DNA of 64,000 bases from the human T2T-CHM13v2.0 reference genome, Homo sapiens, in assembly GCF_009914755.1 (NCBI RefSeq), contig NC_060944.1; one strand, written 5' to 3'. The translations under genes and the position numbers were made by a program. Under the pieces are notes generated by a model. It saw nothing but the letters and a program-made list of their open reading frames with translations. It searched no databases and had not been told where the DNA came from. Shown here in pieces: positions 50,636 through 62,700 of the stretch (position 1 is its first letter; every line of letters starts with the position of its first letter).

Positions 50636-53600
50636 AAGAAAATCTAGATAGAAGCAATGTCAGAAACTTTTATGTGATGGATCTACTCAGCTAACAGAGT
50701 TGAACCTTTCTTTTGAGAGAGCAGTTTTGCAACACTCTTTTTGTGGAATATGCAAGTGGATATTAGGGCAGCTTTGAGGATTTCGTTGGAAACGGGAATA
50801 CATGTAAAAAGCAGACAGCAGCATTCTCAGAAACTTCTTTGTGATGTTTGCATTGAAGTCACAGAGTTGAACATTCCCTTTGAGAGAGCAGGTTTGAAAC
50901 ACGCCTTTTGTCATATCTGGAAGTGTCCATTCGGAGCGCATTCAGGCTTGTGTTGAAAAAGGAAATATCCTCCCATAAAAACTAGACAGAAGCATTCTCA
51001 GAAACTTATCTGTGATGTATGTACTCAACTAACAGAACTAAACCATCGTTTTGAAGGAGCAGTTTTGAAACACTCTTTTTGCGGAATCTGCAAGTGGATA
51101 TTTGGCTAGCTGGGAGGATTTCGTTGGAAACGGGATTACATACAAAAAGCAGAGAGCAGCATTCTCAGAAACTTCTTTGTGATGTTTGCATTCAAGTCAC
51201 AGAGTTGAACATTCCCTTTCATAGAGCAGGTTTGAAACACTCTTTTTGTAGTATCTGGATGTGGACATTTGGATCGCTTTCAGGCCTATGGTGAAAAAGG
51301 AAATATCTTCCCATGAAGACTAGACAGAAGCATTCTCAGAAACTTATTTGTGATGTGTGCCCTCAACTGACAGTGTTGAACCTTTGTTTTGATAGAGCAG
51401 TTCTGAAACACACTTTTTGTAAAATCTGCAAGAGGATATTTGGATAGCTTTGAGGATTTCGTTGGAAACGGGAATGTCTTCATGTAAACTCTAGACAGAA
51501 GCATTCTCAGAAACTGCTTTGGGATGTTTCAATTGAAGTCCCAGTGTTGAACATTCCCTTTCATAGAGCAGGTTTGAAACACTCTTTTTGTACTATCTGG
51601 AAGTGGACATTTGGAGCGCTTTCAGGTCTACGGTGAAAAAGGAGATATCTTCCAATAAAAACTAGATAGAAGCAATGTCAGAACTTTTTTCATGATGTAT
51701 CTACTCAGCAAACAGAGTTGAACCTTTCTTTTGAGAGAGCAGTTTTGAAACACTCTTTTTGTGGAATATGCAAGTGGGTATTAGGCCAGCTTGGAGGATT
51801 TCGTTGGAAACGGGAATACGTATAAAAAGCAGACAGCAGCATTGTCAGAAACTACTTTGTGATGTTTGCATTCAAGTCACAGAATTGAACACTCCCTTTC
51901 ACAGAGCAGGTTTGAAACACTCTTTTTGTAGTGTCTGTAAGTGAACATTTGGATTGCTTTCAGGCCTAAGGTGAAAAAGGAAATATCTTCCCATAAAAAC
52001 TAGACAGAAGCATTCTCAGAAACTTGTTTGTGATGTGTGCCCTCTACTGACAGAGTTGAAGCTTTCTTTGCAAAGAGCAGTTTTGAAACACTCTTTTTGT
52101 AGAATCTGCAAGAGGATATTTGGATAGCTTTGAGGATTTCTTGGGAAACGGGAATGTCTTCAGATAAACTCTAGACAGAAGCATTCTCAGAAACTTCTTT
52201 GGGATGTTTCAATTGAAGTCACAGTGTTGAACATTCCCTTTCACAGAGCAGGTTTGAAACACTCTTTTTGTAGTGTCTATAAGTGAACATTTGGCGTGCT
52301 TTCAGGCCTAACGTGAAAAAGGAAATATCTTCCCATAAAAACTAGACAGAAGCATTCTCAGAAACTTGTTCTTGATGTGTCCCCTCTACTGACAGAGTTG
52401 AACCTTTCTTTGCAAAGAGCAGCTTTGAAACACTCTTTTTGTAGAATCTGCAAGAGGATATTTGGATAGCTTGGAGGATTTCGTTGGAAAAGGGTATGTC
52501 TTCAGATAAACTCTAGACAGAAGCATTCTCAGAAACTTCTTTGGGATGTTGCATTCAAGTCACAGAGTAGAACATTCCCATTCATAGAGCAGATTTGAAA
52601 CACTCTTTTTGTAGTATCTGGAAGTGGACATTTGGAGCGCTTTCAGGCCTATGTTGAAAAAGGAAATATCTTCCCATAAAAACTAGACAGAAGCATTCTC
52701 AGAAACTTGTTTGTGATGTGTGCCCTCTACTGACAGAGTTGAACCTTTCTTTGCAAAGAGCAGTTTTGAAACACTCTTTTTGTAGAATCTGCAAGAGGAT
52801 ATTTGGATAGCTTTGAGGATTTCTTGGGAAACGGGAATGTCTTCAGATAAACTCTAGACAGAAGCATTCTCAGAAACTTCTTTGGGATGTTTCAATTGAA
52901 GTCACAGTGTTGAACATTCCCTTTCACAGAGCAGGTTTGAAACACTCTTTTTGTAGTGTCTATAAGTGAACATTTGGCGTGCTTTCAGGCCTAACGTGAA
53001 AAAGGAAATATCTTCCCATAAAAACTAGACAGAAGCATTCTCAGAAACTTGTTCTTGATGTGTCCCCTCTACTGACAGAGTTGAACCTTTCTTTGCAAAG
53101 AGCAGCTTTGAAACACTCTTTTTGTAGAATCTGCAAGAGGATATTTGGATAGCTTGGAGGATTTCGTTGGAAACGGGTATGTCTTCAGATAAACTCTAGA
53201 CAGAAGCATTCTCAGAAACTTCTTTGGGATGTTGCATTCAAGTCACAGAGTAGAACATTCCCATTCATAGAGCAGATTTGAAACACTCTTTTTGTAGTAT
53301 CTGGAAGTGGACATTTGGAGCGCTTTCAGGCCTATGTTGAAAAAGGAAATATCTTCCCATAAAAACTAGACGGAAGCATTCTCAGAAACTTATTTGTGAT
53401 GTGTTTGCTCAACTAACAGGATTGAACCATCGTTTTGAAGGAGCAGTTTTGAAACACTGTTTTCGTGGAATCTGCAAGTGGATATTTGGCTAGCTTTGAG
53501 GATTTCGTTGGAAACGGGATTACATATAAAAAGGAGACAGCAGCATTCTCAGAAACTTCTTTGTGATGTCTGCATTCAATTCACAGAGTTGAGCATTCCC

Positions 53601-54037
53601 TTTCATAGAGCAGGTTGGAAACACTCTTTTTGTAGTATCTGGATGAGGACATTTGGAGCGCTTTCAGGCGTATGGTGAAAAAGGAAATATCTTCCCGTAA
53701 AAACTAGACAGAAGCATTCTCAGAAGTTTATTTGTGATGTGTGCCCTCAACTAACAGAGTTGAACCTTTCTTTTGATAGAGCAGTTTTGAAACACTCTTT
53801 TTGTAAAATCTGCAAGAGGATATTTGGATAGCTTTGAGGATTTCGTTGCAAACGGGAATGGCTTCATATAAACTCTAGACAGAAGCATTCTCAGAAACTT
53901 CGTTGGGATGTTTCGATTGAAGTCCCAGTGTTGAACATTCCCTTTTATAGAGCAGGTTGGAAACACTCTTTCTGCATTCCCTGGAAGTGGACATTTGGAG
54001 CGCTTTCAGGACGACGGTGAAAATGGAAATATCTTCC
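50636..54037 (+). repeat. 20-mer HOR variant (copy 20), 3402 bp, tandem duplication of M9-M12 (683 bp)
   Basis: M9-M12 at 52011-52693 and again at 52694-53376; M13 resumes at 53377. Confidence 0.96.
52479..52495 (+). promoter_or_regulatory. Inactivated M11 CENP-B box
   Basis: TTTCGTTGGAAAAGGGT; C>A at 52491 destroys the core CGGG. Confidence 0.88.
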
Positions 54038-56755
54038 AAGAAAATCTAGATAGAAGCAATGTCAGAAACTTTTATGTGATGGATCTACTCAGCTAACAGA
54101 GTTGAACCTTTCTTTTGAGAGAGCAGTTTTGCAACACTCTTTTTGTGGAATATGCAAGTGGATATTAGGGCAGCTTTGAGGATTTCGTTGGAAACGGGAA
54201 TACATGTAAAAAGCAGACAGCAGCATTCTCAGAAACTTCTTTGTGATGTTTGCATTGAAGTCACAGAGTTGAACATTCCCTTTGAGAGAGCAGGTTTGAA
54301 ACACGCCTTTTGTCATATCTGGAAGTGTCCATTCGGAGCGCATTCAGGCTTGTGTTGAAAAAGGAAATATCCTCCCATAAAAACTAGACAGAAGCATTCT
54401 CAGAAACTTATCTGTGATGTATGTACTCAACTAACAGAACTAAACCATCGTTTTGAAGGAGCAGTTTTGAAACACTCTTTTTGCGGAATCTGCAAGTGGA
54501 TATTTGGCTAGCTGGGAGGATTTCGTTGGAAACGGGATTACATACAAAAAGCAGAGAGCAGCATTCTCAGAAACTTCTTTGTGATGTTTGCATTCAAGTC
54601 ACAGAGTTGAACATTCCCTTTCATAGAGCAGGTTTGAAACACTCTTTTTGTAGTATCTGGATGTGGACATTTGGATCGCTTTCAGGCCTATGGTGAAAAA
54701 GGAAATATCTTCCCATGAAAACTAGACAGAAGCATTCTCAGAAACTTATTTGTGATGTGTGCCCTCAACTGACAGTGTTGAACCTTTGTTTTGATAGAGC
54801 AGTTCTGAAACACACTTTTTGTAAAATCTGCAAGAGGATATTTGGATAGCTTTGAGGATTTCGTTGGAAACGGGAATGTCTTCATGTAAACTCTAGACAG
54901 AAGCATTCTCAGAAACTGCTTTGGGATGTTTCAATTGAAGTCCCAGTGTTGAACATTCCCATTCATAGAGCAGGTTTGAAACACTCTTTTTGTACTATCT
55001 GGAAGTGGACATTTGGAGCGCTTTCAGGTCTACGGTGAAAAAGGAGATATCTTCCAATAAAAACTAGATAGAAGCAATGTCAGAACTTTTTTCATGATGT
55101 ATCTACTCAGCAAACAGAGTTGAACCTTTCTTTTGAGAGAGCAGTTTTGAAACACTCTTTTTGTGGAATATGCAAGTGGGTATTAGGCCAGCTTGGAGGA
55201 TTTCGTTGGAAACGGGAATACGTATAAAAAGCAGACAGCAGCATTGTCAGAAACTACTTTGTGATGTTTGCATTCAAGTCACAGAATTGAACACTCCCTT
55301 TCACAGAGCAGGTTTGAAACACTCTTTTTGTAGTATCTGTAAGTGAACATTTGGATTGCTTTCAGGCCTAAGGTGAAAAAGGAAATATCTTCCCATAAAA
55401 ACTAGACAGAAGCATTCTCAGAAACTTGTTTGTGATGTGTGCCCTCTACTGACAGAGTTGAAACTTTCTTTGCAAAGAGCAGTTTTGAAACACTCTTTTT
55501 GTAGAATCTGCAAGAGGATATTTGGATAGCTTTGAGGATTTCTTGGGAAACGGGAATGTCTTCAGATAAACTCTAGACAGAAGCATTCTCAGAAAGTTCT
55601 TTGGGATGTTTCAATTGAAGTCACAGTGTTGAACATTCCCTTTCACAGAGCAGGTTTGAAACACTCTTTTTGTAGTGTCTATAAGTGAACATTTGGCGTG
55701 CTTTCAGGCCTAACGTGAAAAAGGAAATATCTTCCCATAAAAACTAGACAGAAGCATTCTCAGAAACTTGTTCTTGATGTGTGCCCTCTACTGACAGAGT
55801 TGAACCTTTCTTTGCAAAGAGCAGTTTTGAAACACTCTTTTTGTAGAATCTGCAGAGGATATTTGGATAGCTTTGAGGATTTCGTTGGAAACGGGTATGT
55901 CTTCAGATAAACTCTAGACAGAAGCATTCTCAGAAACTTCTTTGGGATGTTGCATTCAAGTCACAGAGTAGAACATTCCCATTCATAGAGCAGATTTGAA
56001 ACACTCTTTTTGTAGTATCTGGAAGTGGACATTTGGAGCGCTTTCAGGCCTATGTTGAAAAAGGAAATATCTTCCCATAAAAACTAGACGGAAGCATTCT
56101 CAGAAACTTATTTGTGATGTGTTTGCTCAACTAACAGGATTGAACCATCGTTTTGAAGGAGCAGTTTTGAAACACTGTTTTCGTGGAATCTGCAAGTGGA
56201 TATTTGGCTAGCTTTGAGGATTTCGTTGGAAACGGGATTACATATAAAAAGGAGACAGCAGCATTCTCAGAAACTTCTTTGTGATGTCTGCATTCAATTC
56301 ACAGAGTTGAGCATTCCCTTTCATAGAGCAGGTTGGAAACACTCTTTTTGTAGTATCTGGATGAGGACATTTGGAGCGCTTTCAGGCGTATGGTGAAAAA
56401 GGAAATATCTTCCCGTAAAAACTAGACAGAAGCATTCTCAGAAGTTTATTTGTGATGTGTGCCCTCAACTAACAGAGTTGAACCTTTCTTTTGATAGAGC
56501 AGTTTTGAAACACTCTCTTTGTAAAATCTGCAAGAGGATATTTGGATAGCTTTGAGGATTTCGTTGCAAACGGGAATGGCTTCATATAAACTCTAGACAG
56601 AAGCATTCTCAGAAACTTCGTTGGGATGTTTCGATTGAAGTCCCAGTGTTGAACATTCCCTTTTATAGAGCAGGTTGGAAACACTCTTTCTGCATTCCCT
56701 GGAAGTGGACATTTGGAGCGCTTTCAGGACGACGGTGAAAATGGAAATATCTTCC
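54038..56755 (+). repeat. HOR copy 21, divergent 16-mer of 2718 bp
   Basis: 1-bp deletion TGCAGAGG vs TGCAAGAGG at ~55854, plus several private SNVs. Confidence 0.93.
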
Positions 56756-59700
56756 AAGAAAATCTAGATAGAAGCAATGTCAGAAACTTTTATGTGATGG
56801 ATCTGCTCAGCTAACAGAGTTGAACCTTTCTTTTGAGAGAGCAGTTTTGCAACACTCTTTTTGTGGAATATGCAAGTGGATATTAGGGCAGCTTTGAGGA
56901 TTTCGTTGGAAACGGGAATACATGTAAAAAGCAGACAGCAGCATTCTCAGAAACTTCTTTGTGATGTTTGCATTGAAGTCACAGAGTTGAACATTCCCTT
57001 TGAGAGAGCAGGTTTGAAACACGCCTTTTGTCATATCTGGAAGTGTCCATTCGGAGCGCATTCAGGCTTGTGTTGAAAAAGGAAATATCCTCCCATAAAA
57101 ACTAGACAGAAGCATTCTCAGAAACTTATCTGTGATGTATGTACTCAACTAACAGAACTAAACCATCGTTTTGAAGGAGCAGTTTTGAAACACTCTTTTT
57201 GCGGAATCTGCAAGTGGATATTTGGCTAGCTGGGAGGATTTCGTTGGAAACGGGATTACATACAAAAAGCAGACAGCAGCATTCTCAGAAACTTCTTTGT
57301 GATGTTTGCATTCAAGTCACAGAGTTGAACATTCCCTTTCATAGAGCAGGTTTGAAACACTCTTTTTGTAGTATCTGGATGTGGACATTTGGATCGCTTT
57401 CAGGCCTATGGTGAAAAAGGAAATATCTTCCCATGAAAACTAGACAGAAGCATTCTCAGAAACTTATTTGTGATGTGTGCCCTCAACTGACAGTGTTGAA
57501 CCTTTGTTTTGATAGAGCAGTTCTGAAACACACTTTTTGTAAAATCTGCAAGAGGATATTTGGATAGCTTTGAGGATTTCGTTGGAAACGGGAATGTCTT
57601 CATGTAAACTCTAGACAGAAGCATTCTCAGAAACTGCTTTGGGATGTTTCAATTGAAGTCCCAGTGTTGAACATTCCCATTCATAGAGCAGGTTTGAAAC
57701 ACTCTTTTTGTACTATCTGGAAGTGGACATTTGGAGCGCTTTCAGGTCTACGGTGAAAAAGGAGATATCTTCCAATAAAAACTAGATAGAAGCAATGTCA
57801 GAACTTTTTTCATGATGTATCTACTCAGCAAACAGAGTTGAACCTTTCTTTTGAGAGAGCAGTTTTGAAACACTCTTTTTGTGGAATATGCAAGTGGGTA
57901 TTAGGCCAGCTTGGAGGATTTCGTTGGAAACGGGAATACGTATAAAAAGCAGACAGCAGCATTGTCAGAAACTACTTTGTGATGTTTGCATTCAAGTCAC
58001 AGAATTGAACACTCCCTTTCACAGAGCAGGTTTGAAACACTCTTTTTGTAGTGTCTGTAAGTGAACATTTGGATTGCTTTCAGGCCTAAGGTGAAAAAGG
58101 AAATATCTTCCCATAAAAACTAGACAGAAGCATTCTCAGAAACTTGTTTGTGATGTGTGCCCTCTACTGACAGAGTTGAACCTTTCTTTGCAAAGAGCAG
58201 TTTTGAAACACTCTTTTTGTAGAATCTGCAAGAGGATATTTGGATAGCTTTGAGGATTTCTTGGGAAACGGGAATGTCTTCAGATAAACTCTAGACAGAA
58301 GCATTCTCAGAAACTTCTTTGGGATGTTTCAATTGAAGTCACAGTGTTGAACATTCCCTTTCACAGAGCAGGTTTGAAACACTCTTTTTGTAGTGTCTAT
58401 AAGTGAACATTTGGCGTGCTTTCAGGCCTAACGTGAAAAAGGAAATATCTTCCCATAAAAACTAGACAGAAGCATTCTCAGAAACTTGTTCGTGATGTGT
58501 CCCCTCTACTGACAGAGTTGAACCTTTCTTTGCAAAGAGCAGCTTTGAAACACTCTTTTTGTAGAATCTGCAAGAGGATATTTGGATAGCTTGGAGGATT
58601 TCGTTGTAAACGGGTATGTCTTCAGATAAACTCTAGACAGAAGCATTCTCAGAAACTTCTTTGGGATGTTGCATTCAAGTCACAGAGTAGAACATTCCCA
58701 TTCATAGAGCAGATTTGAAACACTCTTTTTGTAGTATCTGGAAGTGGACATTTGGAGCGCTTTCAGGCCTATGTTGAAAAAGGAAATATCTTCCCATAAA
58801 AACTAGACGGAAGCATTCTCAGAAACTTATTTGTGATGTGTTTGCTCAACTAACAGGATTGAACCATCGTTTTGAAGGAGCAGTTTTGAAACACTGTTTT
58901 CGTGGAATCTGCAAGTGGATATTTGGCTAGCTTTGAGGATTTCGTTGGAAACGGGATTACATATAAAAAGGAGACAGCAGCATTCTCAGAAACTTCTTTG
59001 TGATGTCTGCATTCAATTCACAGAGTTGAGCATTCCCTTTCATAGAGCAGGTTGGAAACACTCTTTTTGTAGTATCTGGATGAGGACATTTGGAGCGCTT
59101 TCAGGCGTATGGTGAAAAAGGAAATATCTTCCCGTAAAAACTAGACAGAAGCATTCTCAGAAGTTTATTTGTGATGTGTGCCCTCAACTAACAGAGTTGA
59201 ACCTTTCTTTTGATAGAGCAGTTTTGAAACACTCTTTTTGTAAAATCTGCAAGAGGATATTTGGATAGCTTTGAGGATTTCGTTGCAAACGGGAATGGCT
59301 TCATATAAACTCTAGACAGAAGCATTCTCAGAAACTTCGTTGGGATGTTTCGATTGAAGTCCCAGTGTTGAACATTCCCTTTTATAGAGCAGGTTGGAAA
59401 CACTCTTTCTGCATTCCCTGGAAGTGGACATTTGGAGCGCTTTCAGGACGACGGTGAAAATGGAAATATCTTCCAAGAAAATCTAGATAGAAGCAATGTC
59501 AGAAACTTTTATGTGATGGATCTGCTCAGCTAACAGAGTTGAACCTTTCTTTTGAGAGAGCAGTTTTGCAACACTCTTTTTGTGGAATATGCAAGTGGAT
59601 ATTAGGGCAGCTTTGAGGATTTCGTTGGAAACGGGAATACATGTAAAAAGCAGACAGCAGCATTCTCAGAAACTTCTTTGTGATGTTTGCATTGAAGTCA

Positions 59701-62700
59701 CAGAGTTGAACATTCCCTTTGAGAGAGCAGGTTTGAAACACGCCTTTTGTCATATCTGGAAGTGTCCATTCGGAGCGCATTCAGGCTTGTGTTGAAAAAG
59801 GAAATATCCTCCCATAAAAACTAGACAGAAGCATTCTCAGAAACTTATCTGTGATGTATGTACTCAACTAACAGAACTAAACCATCGTTTTGAAGGAGCA
59901 GTTTTGAAACACTCTTTTTGCGGAATCTGCAAGTGGATATTTGGCTAGCTGGGAGGATTTCGTTGGAAACGGGATTACATACCAAAAGCAGAGAGCAGCA
60001 TTCTCAGAAACTTCTTTGTGATGTTTGCATTCAAGTCACAGAGTTGAACATTCCCTTTCATAGAGCAGGTTTGAAACACTCTTTTTGTAGTATCTGGATG
60101 TGGACATTTGGATCGCTTTCAGGCCTATGGTGAAAAAGGAAATATCTTCCCATGAAAACTAGACAGAAGCATTCTCAGAAACTTATTTGTGATGTGTGCC
60201 CTCAACTGACAGTGTTGAACCTTTGTTTTGATAGAGCAGTTCTGAAACTCACTTTTTGTAAAATCTGCAAGAGGATATTTGGATAGCTTTGAGGATTTCG
60301 TTGGAAACGGGAATGTCTTCATGTAAACTCTAGACAGAAGCATTCTCAGAAACTGCTTTGGGATGTTTCAATTGAAGTCCCAGTGTTGAACATTCCCTTT
60401 CATAGAGCAGGTTTGAAACACTCTTTTTGTACTATCTGGAAGTGGACATTTGGAGCGCTTTCAGGTCTACGGTGAAAAAGGAGATATCTTCCAATAAAAA
60501 CTAGATAGAAGCAATGTCAGAACTTTTTTCATGATGTATCTACTCAGCAAACAGAGTTGAACCTTTCTTTTGAGAGAGCAGTTTTGAAACACTCTTTTTG
60601 TGGAATATGCAAGTGGGTATTAGGCCAGCTTGGAGGATTTCGTTGGAAACGGGAATACGTATAAAAAGCAGACAGCAGCATTGTCAGAAACTACTTTGTG
60701 ATGTTTGCATTCAAGTCACAGAATTGAACACTCCCTTTCACAGAGCAGGTTTGAAACACTCTTTTTGTAGTGTCTGTAAGTGAACATTTGGATTGCTTTC
60801 AGGCCTAAGGTGAAAAAGGAAATATCTTCCCATAAAAACTAGACAGAAGCATTCTCAGAAACTTGTTTGTGATGTGTGCCCTCTACTGACAGAGTTGAAC
60901 CTTTCTTTGCAAAGAGCAGTTTTGAAACACTCTTTTTGTAGAATCTGCAAGAGGATATTTGGATAGCTTTGAGGATTTCTTGGGAAACGGGAATGTCTTC
61001 AGATAAACTCTAGACAGAAGCATTCTCAGAAACTTCTTTGGGATGTTTCAATTGAAGTCACAGTGTTGAACATTCCCTTTCACAGAGCAGGTTTGAAACA
61101 CTCTTTTTGTAGTGTCTATAAGTGAACATTTGGCGTGCTTTCAGGCCTAACGTGAAAAAGGAAATATCTTCCCATAAAAACTAGACAGAAGCATTCTCAG
61201 AAACTTGTTCTTGATGTGTCCCCTCTACTGACAGAGTTGAACCTTTCTTTGCAAAGAGCAGCTTTGAAACACTCTTTTTGTAGAATCTGCAAGAGGATAT
61301 TTGGATAGCTTGGAGGATTTCGTTGGAAACGGGTATGTCTTCAGATAAACTCTAGACAGAAGCATTCTCAGAAACTTCTTTGGGATGTTGCATTCAAGTC
61401 ACAGAGTAGAACATTCCCATTCATAGAGCAGATTTGAAACACTCTTTTTGTAGTATCTGGAAGTGGACATTTGGAGCGCTTTCAGGCCTATGTTGAAAAA
61501 GGAAATATCTTCCCATAAAAACTAGACGGAAGCATTCTCAGAAACTTATTTGTGATGTGTTTGCTCAACTAACAGGATTGAACCATCGTTTTGAAGGAGC
61601 AGTTTTGAAACACTGTTTTCGTGGAATCTGCAAGTGGATATTTGGCTAGCTTTGAGGATTTCGTTGGAAACGGGATTACATATAAAAAGGAGACAGCAGC
61701 ATTCTCAGAAACTTCTTTGTGATGTCTGCATTCAATTCACAGAGTTGAGCATTCCCTTTCATAGAGCAGGTTGGAAACACCCTTTTTGTAGTATCTGGAT
61801 GAGGACATTTGGAGCGCTTTCAGGCGTATGGTGAAAAAGGAAATATCTTCCCGTAAAAACTAGACAGAAGCATTCTCAGAAGTTTATTTGTGATGTGTGC
61901 CCTCAACTAACAGAGTTGAACCTTTCTTTTGATAGAGCAGTTTTGAAACACTCTTTTTGTAAAATCTGCAAGAGGATATTTGGATAGCTTTGAGGATTTC
62001 GTTGCAAACGGGAATGGCTTCATATAAACTCTAGACAGAAGCATTCTCAGAAACTTCGTTGGGATGTTTCGATTGAAGTCCCAGTGTTGAACATTCCCTT
62101 TTATAGAGCAGGTTGGAAACACTCTTTCTGCATTCCCTGGAAGTGGACATTTGGAGCGCTTTCAGGACGACGGTGAAAATGGAAATATCTTACAAGAAAA
62201 TCTAGATAGAAGCAATGTCAGAAACTTTTATGTGATGGATCTACTCAGCTAACAGAGTTGAACCTTTCTTTTGAGAGAGCAGTTTTGCAACACTCTTTTT
62301 GTGGAATATGCAAGTGGATATTAGGGCAGCTTTGAGGATTTCGTTGGAAACGGGAATACATGTAAAAAGCAGACAGCAGCATTCTCAGAAACTTCTTTGT
62401 GATGTTTGCATTGAAGTCACAGAGTTGAACATTCCCTTTGAGAGAGCAGGTTTGAAACACGCCTTTTGTCATATCTGGAAGTGTCCATTCGGAGCGCATT
62501 CAGGCTTGTGTTGAAAAAGGAAATATCCTCCCATAAAAACTAGACAGAAGCATTCTCAGAAACTTATCTGTGATGTATGTACTCAACTAACAGAACTAAA
62601 CCATCGTTTTGAAGGAGCAGTTTTGAAACACTCTTTTTGCGGAATCTGCAAGTGGATATTTGGCTAGCTGGGAGGATTTCGTTGGAAACGGGATTACATA

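Noticed and set aside
50636-54037. Possible mobile-element insertion explaining the ORF-track gap at 51944-53478
   Set aside because: The extra 683 bp is duplicated M9-M12 satellite; no poly(A), target-site duplication or Alu/L1 sequence.
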